DNA of 64,000 nucleotides, taken from positions 1 through 64,000 of the forward strand of contig JAKMXF010000345.1 of NCBI GenBank assembly GCA_024704765.1, given 5' to 3'. Source of the DNA: Oopsacas minuta (Eukaryota > Animalia > Porifera). Below are positions 1 through 13,400 of the stretch, one piece after another (the first letter of the stretch is position 1; each line of letters opens with the position of its first letter). The notes beneath the pieces are model-generated. The model was not told where the DNA came from and made no database searches. It saw only the letters and a program-made list of their open reading frames with translations. Both the position numbers and the translations under genes were made by a program.

Positions 1-1563
1 ATCAATCCAACTAAAGAGACACATCTAGATTTCCTACAAATGATCTATCAAACAGAAGCTAGTATGGTGATAATGCTGACTACGAGAAAGGAGAAAGCTA
101 AGATTCTCAGTGGAATATCTAATCGTGTTTGTTACTGGCCTAAGAAGGATAAACCTATCAATTGTGAACCTTTTGTTTCTACTTTGATCAATTCTGCTGA
201 AACGAATGCATTTGTGAAACAGGAAATCTCTTTGAAAAATACTTTAGCAGGAAAGGAACACTCATTCACTCAGTGTATATCTCCAATATGGAATGATGAT
301 GGTACAGTGAATGATGTAGTATGTGCTATCGCCCTTCTGAACAGAATTATGAAACAGAAACAAGACTCAAATACTGTTCCTATAATCATACATTGTGAAG
401 ATGGTATTTCTAAGACTGGCATTATAATGACAGTATTGAATTCTATTAGAGAACTTAACATAAGAAAATCTATTGACATCTTCAATGCTGTTAAGAACTT
501 GCGAAGACAGAGAATGAACATGGTTCCTACCTTGGTGAGTATTTTCTAACTGTCATATACATCCTTGTTCTCGTTTATATTAAAATATCAAGGTTGCAAC
601 CGAATATCAGTATTCGGTGAGCAACTATTCGTGAATACTGATATTCGGTTGGATCGGTTTCAACATTGAAAAACATATTGTTTTGACGATATATTTCAAT
701 GATTTCAAACTACTAAATATATCAAATTTCTGAGATTCTTCTTTGGATTCTCGGTATCAGTTTTCAATCTTAACCCCTTGCGAATATTTTTCAAATTGAT
801 TAGCTATGTTAGTAATCGCAATTCAATGATTATTTCTCTACCTATTTGTTCAAGTGGAATGTATACCCTACACAGTATATATATTCGTTCCAGTGGTCGC
901 AACTTTTTGATATTTTACTGCGAATCTGGGCTGCCGTGTAGATCTCTGGCGGCCTAAATCTGCTCTACAAGGGTGTGAGGAAATTGACATTTGGGTGCAA
1001 ATATCATAAATACCTTTATAGATAGAGCTATGAAATGTATACATCATGTTGTAAACATATAATAGATAATATTTATGTAATAATTGATATAACATTAATT
1101 TGAAAAAAAGTGTCTATTGGTGTGCACTTTGCATTTATGGCTGTGTAGTTTGATGACAAAATTAGGGAATGCTAGTGATAATCCCAAATATTTCGGAAAG
1201 TATTCATGATATGGCTGTAAATTTTTCCACGTATTCGTAAGATAGAGAACTATCATAAAATGCAACAACATCATTTCTGGAGGATAAACGGGAAATCTGT
1301 GGAAATGCAGGGTAAACATTCCCCTTCAAACTCACCAATGATATCACTTTTCACCAGCTCAATTATCTAGTGTTATTTTGCATGACTAGTTTGAATGTTT
1401 CCATATTCAATTCGATAAGTAACAATAATTTCACAGAACGGGAGTCCATCTAACACCCTTATACCAATTCTTCACACTATATTTCTATTATCTATTCCTC
1501 TTATAGGCATGTTATACAACTTGCTATTCTCTCCTAAATGAATATTGTTCTATTCATCTCTAA
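1..1563 (+). CDS. 3' end of upstream paralog of the CTL/Ig receptor pseudo-PTP gene (partial; exon <1-534, terminal exon 1507-1563)
   Basis: ORF 40..549 translates identically to the tail of ORF 11016..12605 (PTP domain, IIIHCEDGISKTG at 382-420). GTGAGT donor follows PTL at 534/535. A pyrimidine tract + TAG acceptor at 1506 opens ACYTTCYSLLNEYCSIHL*, matching the PTP C-terminal helix pattern (xxCYxxLxEY). The ORF-track stop at 549 is intron read-through. Confidence 0.85.
589..668. mobile_element. 80-bp palindromic hAT-like MITE (other copies 12645-12724 and, reversed, 52040-52123)
   Basis: TIR CAAGGTTGCAACCG / CGGTTTCAACATTG; internal perfect arms AACCGAATATCAGTATTC/GAATACTGATATTCGGTT; 8-bp flanks TAAAATAT/GAAAATAT at the 12645 copy. 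Confidence 0.75.
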
Positions 1564-3142
1564 TATACATCGTGATGTTTTAAGATTTTGTGAATATTTT
1601 TCTATTAAGTTTCCTATTTTTGTTGTTATACATATATTACTATTTCTATATTCTTGTGATAATTATAAATAGCAATGAGACATGTTTAATGATAGTTATG
1701 ATTGTTTGCATACAAATCAGTTTCGTATTCTACTTGCTTACCAAAATTTTGCAGGATTTGTGAAATACAGTGGAATCCCGTTAATACAAACATGGTTACT
1801 ATGAATTACCAGATAAGACGAACAATGAATTTTTAGTTAAGAAATTCATAGCTCAGTGTATGTTAACTAAAATTATCATGAAAAGATTATTCAATAATTA
1901 CTAATAATTGCATCATCAATTAATATTTACGTACGTTAGCAGAGCATAATGATCCAATAATAACCTACTAATGTGCTACCATATGGGTGCACTTTCACAA
2001 AGTGTCTAAAAAAGTGCATATTCGTGCCCACACAACCATGAGCAGGAAAAATATGGAAACGTAAATGCAATCATAGAAGATGGATAACAGGTTCATAATC
2101 ATTGTTCTTCCTATAGGATAGGGAATATTCCATTTTTTGTAAACGTGGCAATATAAATGATGCAATTATAAATTAGAGAAGATAATGAAGAGTTTTAGGT
2201 TACATTTATGAGATTCTAGCATCAAGCTAGCCAGTGTGTATGATTTATATGAAGGTATTATGTTACTCCATCGTAGTTTAAATGCTATTGACCCAGTTTT
2301 ATCAGAGTAATGATTGTGTACACAGTCACCCAAATGGAGCGGGCGATTATGATGATTGTACGGGGAGGGACTACTATTTGAGTAAATGTGGTATATGAAT
2401 TGGCAAAGATGAAAACAAGCAAAATAAAATAGATATACCTCACTTTGAATAACCAAGTTGTTGTATTAATAAAGGTTGGATGTGTCCAGAATCCAAGCCA
2501 AAAATAAATTGCATTATTATGGCTTCTTCGTAATGCAATTTAGATACAAATAACAAATACAAATTTTAAGCTATGAAACGCAACAAATTATAATACGATA
2601 GAAAAGAATTTCGAAGATTATGGTTAAACGTAAGATGTTGAATTTGGCGTGAATTTATCATCTTTATATTCACAACAACCCAATATAATTCTATTGTCAA
2701 AATTATCAAAGAAATATTTAATATGATTAAATCACAAACATGAAATACAATGCTGCCTTTAATGCGCAGGCAATAATATATCGAGTTACAATCACCAGAA
2801 TTAAGATAACTTTCCGTAGTTTTGATATAGCATGCATTATATATAAATTGTAAGTAATTAGTTTGTAGGGGGATATTTACTGAATCTATAATATGTTGTT
2901 TTGGTATGCAATCAAGCTTATTGTTATCTTTGGGATATTTTGTGATATAACTTCCTCGCAATCTTTTGGTATGCTATAATTATTCTTCAATCAACTACAA
3001 ATACAGTATGTGAGCAACTATACAGTGGGTGCCGTGCCGAATATATGAACATGTATTACTACTCTGGATGAAGTTCTTATAATCAGCATCCACTACATAC
3101 GTTAATATTGAACAAGTATGTGTGTTTATCACTATTATAGAG

Positions 3143-3751
3143 TTAACTTGGACAATTTGTCAAAATTGCATTACAAGAGGAGGAAATTCATGAAGTATAA
3201 TTTCCGAAGATGAGAATGAAATGCTACAAGATCTTGTAGCGAATTATCCTGGAAATACATTGAGTACACCTGTGTGGATTGGATTGAATTATTCGAGTTA
3301 CAATGAATTATCAAATTTGGGAAGATGGTTATCCAGTAACATATACTAAGTAGCTTATAATAAATGCTTTTGTAACAATCTCGTCCACTTTTGGCTGCTA
3401 ATCGTGCTGCTAACTTCAGATCAATATCGATGTCGGCCTTAGTTTCTAAGAATATATTTTAGGTAAAATGCTGAACTCTCAAAGAAAGTCTGTTTACATA
3501 TAATCTAGTACATCATTGTCTTCAGAATTTCTGGGCAATCATCTGATACAAAGTTAGATTTTTCAATTAGCCTTGGTGGTACATTCATAGATGATGTATT
3601 CACTGCCTGTTCCAATGGAGATACACTTAATGAATCCATTATATTTTCAGAATATATATGATTGAAAGATGATGCATTAAATCTACACCTCTTGTGACTG
3701 AATGTTCAATTATTAGACTGTAGTGAAATAATAATATTTCATAATTGCTCA
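3143..3751 (+). pseudogene. Decayed C-type-lectin gene remnant (duplicated at 15213-15821)
   Basis: Frame from 3143 reads LTWTICQNCITRGGNS*SIISEDENEMLQDLVANYPGNTLSTPVWIGLN (CTL W-x-C, GGxL.SI..ENE and VWIGLN motifs) with TGA at 3191-3193 and TAA at 3347. A second stop-interrupted coding-like frame lies at ~3510-3751. Confidence 0.6.
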
Positions 3752-4455
3752 TGTAGTGCAGAGTTGCACGCGGGCCAAGTCAAAACTTTCGCGGCCTTGT
3801 AAGCCTGGCACAAATGCGCCGGTGTGCCCTGTAGGCCTAATTAATACTGCAGAATTTCTGCCCACCTCGTTCCCATCTAGCCTTGCATATTATGCAATCT
3901 CACCCAAACATCAGTGGGGGCCGTAGTACCATTAGAAAAGTGTTCTGGTTGAAATCTTAAATCAGTTTAGACTCTATTTTTCATGCGCTTAAGACATACT
4001 ATAAGTCTATTTCAAATATGTATATACAATAGATGCCCCCAGCAGTAGCGTCAAGGAGACGAATCAACAAAATCTGGGATATCTTATACAATGTATTTGC
4101 ATTTTGCAACACAGTTGAGCATAGCATTTATGAACTGCAGCATCAATCGCTCAATTTTGAAGCCATGTAAAAACTGCATAAGATAATCTGCTTTGAGAAT
4201 CACCGAATTCTTCTACATGTTATATGGTAAACTCAAGAAAAGTAATTATCCAATTGTATACTTTCAAACGTTTTTGAACTCACTGAAGAATCTTGCATAC
4301 TGCAATATATCTACTCTAGGTGTTTAGATGAATTCATAGAGTTCTCGTATTTCATTTGTAACTAATCTTCTTTGCATATTGAATTTAGGAATAATATATT
4401 GAAAATTATAAATCAATTCATTAGTATTTTATCAACCAAACTAACTTGAACTGAG

Positions 4456-7400
4456 ATGGGAACAAGATTTTATCAAGTTGGTCTATTGTTCACGATAAGT
4501 GCGTTACTTTCTTGCATCTTAACAGGTAACTATCTTATTAAGTAAATGGAAATGGCTGAATTAGCTAATATCAATTATGTATATGTATGTGCGTACTTTT
4601 CATAAACAGTTGAACCTTATTGCCGTAACTGTTATACGATAGCGTGTACATAGCGGCCGTCTGTCATGACGACCTTTGTCAAGCTACTGAATGGGTGTCG
4701 ATAATAGACAGAATTTTATACAAATCATAGTTGAACCTAGTTTATACTCATTGCTGTAGAAGGCATCCAGGTTGGTCAGGTTTCTACAAGACCAATATTC
4801 ATAGGGTTATACAGTTATACTGTTGATACGGATCAAGCTACAACCCGATTAATAGCATTAGACACTATAAAATCCACAATTCGGGGAGTTCAATTCAATG
4901 TATCCATATTTGCTACCTGTCATGATACGCTTGGCTAAAGCTTCCATAGAATAATGCAGGAGCTTATAATCCCATTTAAGTTTGGAAGATCAAATGGTAT
5001 AAATTGAAGGATGAAATAATTGCAATACTTGTCCGACACATAACATAAAATTACATTTACATATCAGTATGTATATAGGTACTTTGACTTTGTAAAACGG
5101 TTCTGTTAAATAATTTTGTATAGAATTAGCTAGTCAATATACCAACGTAGAAATTTAATATTATGTCCTTTATCTCTTTCTTAAGCACAAACTCCTAATA
5201 TTTCTATAATATATGATGATACAACATTTGGATACTTCATAGTGGGCCCAATAAATTGGGCAAATGCCGAATTAGAATGCAATAACTGGGGAGGAAATCT
5301 TACTACAATCAAGTCAGCAGTAGAAGACAACTTATTGTTTTACAGTTCATCACAATCTGATACAACCTTGATTTCATGTTTTATAGGTCTAAATGATATA
5401 GATGTAGAGGCTGGTACTGATGCTAGTGCATTTGTTTGGGTAGATGGTAGCAACAGTACTTATAGGAACTTCGTTTCAAAACCTGGAATACCAAGTCCTT
5501 CAGGAGGTGCTGATCAGGATTGTGTTAGATTCAGATACCAAATCGATGGTATATTAACAACCGGTTGGATTAATAGAGCTTGTGACATTACTAGACTTTG
5601 CTACTTCTGCAACAAAGTAGGTAAGTGATTGTAGGTAATAAAATAAGCCCAGAAACTTGAAAATAAATTTACCGTGACCAGTATATTTAGGTCTAAATAC
5701 TGTATATTGGAGCATTACACATTAAAATTCCTGGACTGTTCCTGGACATAATTTTCAAAATCCTGTACAAGATTCTGGACACTTCATTAATAATTATTTG
5801 ACAAGCATATATATAAATATAATTGGATGTTTCATTCTGTAATTGAAATAGTGTAAAACAATAAATGCCGCTGGTATTAATAGCCAGTATAATAATTTAT
5901 GTATATTTCGGAAAAGTCAAGACATATCTATGTGACAGAAGATTAAATATTAGTTGCATGCAGCTTCTAAAATGAGTGATGATGTGTTATGTGTAGCAAT
6001 CGTAATTTGGGTAAATCTGTCATCTTCAGGGAGTTGATCTCTAATCACATAATTTGAATATCTGACTATTCAAAATATGAACATCGTGAATCCTGTATGA
6101 AAATCCTGGACAATGACTACACCAAAATAATGTATATAAGGAAGGAAACACTGAGAGAAATATACAGAATGTATTCTGTTCCTTTCAATTTATTAAACTG
6201 TTGTAAAATTCAATTATTCAATTCTTAGTTCCATAATTTGATAGGTAACTCACAAGGATGTGATCTGATCTATGACGACTTTTGCTATCGATTATTTGAA
6301 GTGAGTGATGGAATCAACTGGTTAGATGCTCAATCTAGTTGTGCTGTATGGGGTGGTGACTTGACTAGTATTACTACAGAGAGAGAGAATAATTACTTAT
6401 ACACTATTATCCCTGATACAGTGAGTAATTGCTGGATAGGATTGAATGATAGAGACAATAACGATGGAACATATACCTGGATTGATGGTTCAGTGTATAG
6501 CCATACAAACTGGACAGGGGGTGAACCTTCTATTAGTAATGAAGATTGTGTTGACATAATAAGAGCTGGAGAGGGTAGTTGGGGGACAGTGGACTGTGAA
6601 ACAACAATGATAAATGCTTTTCTATGCAAAAGACCTTCATCTGTAACAACAGGTCAGTATAATAGGAATGCTACAATACCATACAAATAGTAGCCATTGG
6701 ATATAATGTAAATATACATATCATGTTTTAGCTGTGGGATTTGGACAACTTACTAATGGAGGATTAGACTTAGAGACAATTAGCGAAAACAAATTCTTTT
6801 TCACTTCACGTAAATTAGCTTATGGAGGAGAAGAAAATGCTGTAATTACATGGATATTTTCAGAAAACTCAGATCTATCAGATAGTGAAGTACTTACAGC
6901 AACATATAGTAATACAGAAGCTGGATGGAGCTGGTTAGCAGTTGATATTACCAAACAAGGATATTATCAGTGTCAAGTCAATTCATTAACTTATATGATT
7001 GGATTATATGATAATTCATTAACAACAGGTGAGTATATCTTTGTGTGATATTGTCTATATATTATTATCCCACTTACTAATCTCTTGACCTCAAATTCTT
7101 CCATTTAGTTGCAACAGAAGGTACTCCATTTGTATATATAGTAGGAATAGACAGAGAGGATGTATTACTGTTATGTGATCCTGTGGTCAGTGGTGACTTA
7201 AGTATGCTGAAGTGGTCTCTAACAGGTAGTGGAGATTTCCTGAATCCTATCAACATATACAATGAGAGGAATAATTTACCAGAACAATCTACTGGAATAA
7301 ATTGTGTGAGACATTCAAGTATTATATTTTCAAACTTTATCAGCGTGCAAGGTAACAATTTAATCAATTATGATTGTTTCATTATCTGATATGAAGTATA

Positions 7401-10400
7401 TAGGGAACATATTAGTAACGGTCACATAATGGACTGGCCGTTAGAATGAAATGATGCGGACAGATTGTATTGGTCTCTATCTGCCAGTGTTACATTGTAG
7501 CTTCCACTATATCTATATATATTGTGTTTTTCTTTTAGTTCCAGAAATAACAATTCGAATTGGTAGCATCAGTGCTAGTAAATTCACGGATGTCTGTCCA
7601 ACTATGAATGAGTTTGCTATCCCATTATCAACACAAGATATTACTCTCTCTACCAATATTATTGGATACTGGACTGTTCTTGGGGTAGCAGAGCCTACTG
7701 GATCTACTATAACAATCGCTAATTTCATGGAAGGAAATACTGGACTATACGAATTCTATATTAACAACTGGGATGGAGTTGATGTGTGTGCTATGCAAAT
7801 TAATCTTTCATCTTCACCAGCTATTACAGGTAATAGTTACTTGATATATGTACTTTATTTATTACTTGTGGAAATGAAAATTTGATGATTAACATAATAA
7901 TAATCTTGTCTGTTAGAAATGAACCCAGAAGAAGAATTTATAGTAGATGATACTACTTTTGGATATTTTACAATTTCCTCTGGGATATACTGGATAACTG
8001 CACAACTTTATTGCATAAACTGGGGAGGAAATCTTGCTACAATCAAGTCAGCAGAAGAAGACAGCTTATTATTCTATAGCATAACAGATTTAGATAATGC
8101 TTTTTCATGTGTAATTGGTCTAAATGATATAGATGTAGAGGCTGGTACTGATGCTAGTACATTTGTATGGGTAGATGGTAGTAACAGTACTTATAGGAAC
8201 TTCCAATCTGATTTCGGAATAGTAAGTCCCTCAGATATGTTGCCACAATATGACTGTGTGAGATTCAGATACCGAGTCGAAGGTGAATTATCCACCGGTT
8301 GGAATAATAGACCTTGTCAAGTAACTAGAATTTGTTACTTCTGCAATAAACAAGGTGAGTGATAGTACATAAATATAAAACTCGAAATTGAATACTTCAA
8401 GATAATTCATATTGCAAGGTTGAAACTCTAACATACAGCTATCAATTCAATTCCATTCTTATATAATCCAATATACTAGAAATAGGTATTCTCAAATTTC
8501 ATTTTTGAATAGGTAACTCACAAGGATGTGATCTGATCTATAATGACTTTTGCTATCGATTATATGAAGTGAGTGATGGAATCAACTGGTTAGATGCTCA
8601 ATCAAGTTGTGCTGTATGGGGTGGTGATTTGACTAGTATTACTACAGAGAGAGAGAATAATTACTTATACACTATTATTCCTGATACAGTGAGTAATTGC
8701 TGGATAGGATTGAATGATAGGAGTGTAGAGGGAACATATACCTGGATTGATGGTTCAGTGTATAGTTATACAAACTGGACAGGTATGGCAGAATCGGAGA
8801 ATAATGAAGATTGTGCTGAAATAATCACAACTGGAGGGGGTAGTTGGGAGATTGTAAGCTGTGAAATCACGATAAACACTTTTCTATGCAAAAGATCTTC
8901 AAATACAACAACAGGTCAGTATATGATCATTCAATTTCCTTGGTTTTCAGCTGAACAATATCCATGTAATTCATATATAGGTGCCAGTTTTGGTGAACTT
9001 ATCAATGAAGGTAGGGGCTTTCAATCTATAAGTGGAAACAGATTCTTGTACCAATCACTGACGTTAGGGTGTGGAGGAGACGAGGATAATGCAATTGTAT
9101 GGATCTTTTCAGAAAATTCAAATCTATCAAATAGTGAAGAGCTTACAGCCACATATAATAGCACACAAACTGGATTCAGTTGGTTAGACATATGTAATTC
9201 TAGACAAGGATATTATCAGTGTCAAATAGACGATATCAACAGTTATACAATTGGATTGTTCAATCAAACTACAACAAGTAAGTGGTGAGGAACATGGTAT
9301 CAAATATGTTATAAAAGTATTGAATTGATTATGAAGTGTTGATAAGAGTCTGGAAGATATATAGGGAACCTATACCTTCACAATTCTCGAACCTTTTGGC
9401 ACGACGCTTTGGAATCTTGATTGTTATAGTGGCCTATCATTATCTATTAGTATTCTTTCCTTTAGTTGCCGTAACAGAAACTACCTACACATATACAGTA
9501 GGTATAGACAGAGAGAATGTATTACTGCTTTGTGATCCTATGGATAGTAGTTATAGCTTGAGTAGCTTAATATGGAGTATAGGAGGTGGGGGCACATTGA
9601 ACAATCCTATAAATCTCTTTGAATGGAGCAGTGACTCACCTGAACAGAGTAATCAATTGACTTGTGCTAGTAATGGGAATATCATCCTGTTGAATACAGT
9701 AAATATATATAGTAAGTGTATATTCCTATTGAACTTACCACGAAGACAACTGCAATTTAGAGCTACACATATTTAACCATATGGCTGGCATATAGACCCT
9801 ATGAAATATGTAATTTCTAGTGAAATTTGAGTAATCCGTCTTGAGAAATACACAATTTACATAGCTTAGTAGTGTCTATATTCAGTTATTTTACATTCAA
9901 ATGCTGTCTGTAGCTCCAATAATTACAGTTTCTACATCTGCATCAGATCAAGCATTCAATACTGTATACCCTGACACGAATATGTTTGAACTTCTGATTG
10001 GAATAGAAGATTTCTCTATCTCAACAAATCTACAAGGGAGATGGAAACTTCCAAATGCTACATATTCTTCTTCTCAAACAATATCTTATGCAACTTTTGA
10101 ATATGAATTATTTGGACTGTATCAATTCTATATCATGAACTGGGATGGAATTGAAGTGATTGCGATTCAGGCAGAATTAATCCGAAATGGTTTGTTTGGA
10201 TCAAAATATTTTCAACCGAGTGTAAACATACAGGTACATATAACAACATTCACTTTAGGTTATGTTGTAACAAATTCAATCTCAAACGATTCAACAATTA
10301 TACTTAAAGACTCTACCATGTTACAGTGTTCAATCTCGAATATAGGAGATAGTGTAGTGTGGTATTTTATGTCTACTAGGGATGATATGGAAATTGACAA

Positions 10401-13400
10401 AACTTCATTATCAACATTCTCTATTGAAACTGGGATTAGTAGTTTGACTGTGAACTCTAATGATCCTGGTTACTACAGCTGTGTAATCAATTCAGATATG
10501 ACATACACATTCTTTATAGTGAATACAGATTCCTTAGGTAACTATTGAGCAAATTGACTTATAGACATTGAAATCACCCAATATATATATTTCTAGTTGA
10601 AATAACAAGCTTTGATGACCCTTCTCAAGAAGTTGATTATACTCTGGATTCAATTGTCTCAGTGCTATATTATTCAGATGATATGGTCGCAGATAATGAT
10701 ATCCTTTGGACAACAGACAATGTAGAAGACGGTGACATTTTGACATATAGTGCTGAGTATCCAAATCCAGCTCTACTGATTGTAGTATTCAACGACGTGG
10801 GAGCTGGTGTACATACATTCAGTTGTTTCTACAGGATGAGTCCTGTTACACTGTTAGGTAGCATACAACTAGCTCTCAAAGGTAAATTGTTTGTTGAGTA
10901 TGTATGAGATCCACACATAGCAACGAAATGCATATTTCTATACCCTATATGTTGACGTTTCTTTACATAATTTTTAGATACTGCTACAATAACTGTCAGC
11001 TATGAAGGATACAGTATGTCATTCAGTGATGTGAATAATCGAATGTTTCCATCTCCACAAGTAATCAGTATACTTCAAGGAACAAAAGATATTACGTTAA
11101 CCTGCAGTCTACCTGAATGTGAGTGGATGATTTTAAATCAAGAAGATACAATGACCATACCTACGTATATAATTCCTCAATTAACGTTTAGTGAAAACAT
11201 TTCACTAATTCGTTCTACAAGTTATGGTGTGAAGTACACTACAGCTCATATTTCTATACAACTTGTGGCAACACCAACAAATCCTACAGAAGCAGCAACA
11301 AACATTGCTTTGATAACCATAATAATAATAATAGTGTTATTGATTATGACAATAATTGTAACGACAATTATTCTAACTCCAATATTCATCTTACTATGCG
11401 TAAAGATTAGAAGGCAATCTAATAAGGCCAAACTATCTGAACATCCTAAATCCGCTTTCTCCAATGTAGCATATAGAGGAGATACTAGTTATGAAAATCA
11501 AGATGATATCAATCAACTAACTAAAGAATACATAGATCTCTCAGCATATCCAAATCGTGAGTATATGACAATAGATGAGACATCATTGACAACGCTGGAC
11601 GAAACAATTAACCCCAGTGAACATGATTATGCATATCTTTCAAATATACCACGTGCAAATATTTCACACGAAATAGTGAATGAAACAGAGCAAAGTGGTA
11701 ATAGCGAAATGAAGAATTATGAAAAATACACACCCATGAGTCCTATAATAGAAAACAAGAAATTCATTGCTAAATTCATACCTATTAAAGATTTCCCTAC
11801 CAAATATCAACAGTATGTAGAATCTGGAATTGGAGAAGATTCATTATTTGGGGTAGAATTTCTACAGTTAAACGAAGAATCCAAGAAGACTGTTGTACTA
11901 GAAAGTGACGATGCATTGAAAGAGGAAAATTTGCAGAAAAATCCAATCAAAAGTATAGTACCATTTAATGAAAACAGAGTTGTATTAGATTCTCCTCACT
12001 TTGACTGTAATTACATCAATGCTAGTTCTAGTTCCGATTCCCAATTCATTGCTACTATCAATCCAACTAAAGAGACACATCTAGATTTCCTACAAATGAT
12101 CTATCAAACAGAAGCTAGTATGGTGATAATGCTGACTACGAGAAAGGAGAAAGCTAAGATTCTCAGTGGAATATCTAATCGTGTTTGTTACTGGCCTAAG
12201 AAGGATAAACCTATCAATTGTGAACCTTTTGTTTCTACTTTGATCAATTCTGCTGAAACGAATGCATTTGTGAAACAGGAAATCTCTTTGAAAAATACTT
12301 TAGCAGGAAAGGAACACTCATTCACTCAGTGTATATCTCCAATATGGAATGATGATGGTACAGTGAATGATGTAGTATGTGCTATCGCCCTTCTGAACAG
12401 AATTATGAAACAGAAACAAGACTCAAATACTGTTCCTATAATCATACATTGTGAAGATGGTATTTCTAAGACTGGCATTATAATGACAGTATTGAATTCT
12501 ATTAGAGAACTTAACATAAGAAAATCTATTGACATCTTCAATGCTGTTAAGAACTTGCGAAGACAGAGAATGAACATGGTTCCTACCTTGGTGAGTATTT
12601 TCTAACTGTCATATACATCCTTGTTCTCGTTTATATTAAAATATCAAGGTTGCAACCGAATATCAGTATTCGGTGAGCAACTATTCGTGAATACTGATAT
12701 TCGGTTGGATCGGTTTCAACATTGGAAAATATATTGTTTTGACGATATATTTCAATGATTTCAAACTACTAAATATATCAAATTTCTGAGATTCTTCTTT
12801 GGATTCTCGGTATCAGTTTTCAATCTTAACCCCTTGCGAATATTTTTCAAATTGATTAGCTATGTTAGTAATCGCAATTCAATGATTATTTCTCTACCTA
12901 TTTGTTCAAGTGGAATGTATACCCTACACAGTATATATATTCGTTCCAGTGGTCGCAACTTTTTGATATTTTACTGCGAATCTGGGCTGCCGTGTAGATC
13001 TCTGGCGGCCTAAATCTGCTCTACAAGGGTGTGAGGAAATTGGCATTTGGGTGCAAATATCATAAATACCTTTATAGATAGAGCTATGAAATGTATACAT
13101 CATGTTGTAAACATATAATAGATAATATTTATGTAATAATTGATATAACATTAATTTGAAAAAAATGTGTCTAGTGGAGTATACTTTGACATTATGGCTG
13201 GGGTAGTTTGATAACAAAATTAGGGAATGCTAGCTAAATGCTAAATATTTTAGCAAGTATTTATGATGGAGCTCTCATATTTTTCCACATATTCGTAAGA
13301 TTGAGAACTATCGAAAAATGCAATAATATCACTTTTGGAAAGTAAACTGGAAATCTGTAGAAGTGCAGGGTAAACCGTTCCCTTCAAGCTCACCAATGAT

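Larger units (their letters stand above)
1..4098 (+). repeat. Tandem segmental duplication, copy 1 (extends left of window)
   Basis: Colinear with 12057-16167 (offset 12056 rising to ~12070); similarity ends abruptly after ...CTTATACAATGTATTT at 4098/16167. Confidence 0.97.

Noticed and set aside
270-521. Minus-strand ORFs overlapping real exons (270-521, 6393-6629, 7077-7367, 12326-12577, 17423-17707, 20903-21109, 33285-33536, 38765-39004 and similar)
   Set aside because: Antisense shadows of coding exons with no recognisable motifs.
2306-2398. Frame SNDCVHSHPNGAGDYDDCTGRDYYLSKCGI* resembling a CTL C-terminal half
   Set aside because: Too short and lacking upstream CTL motifs; may belong to the pseudogene but cannot be supported.
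868-2961. Minus-strand ORFs 868-1095, 1095-1319, 2166-2456, 2566-2961 and their duplicates
   Set aside because: AT-rich, no domain signal; length and frame are not maintained between the two duplicate copies.
3759-4098. GC-richer block starting CAGAGTTGCACGCGGG near the duplication breakpoint, as a transposon that caused the duplication
   Set aside because: No matching right TIR or TSD was found in either copy.
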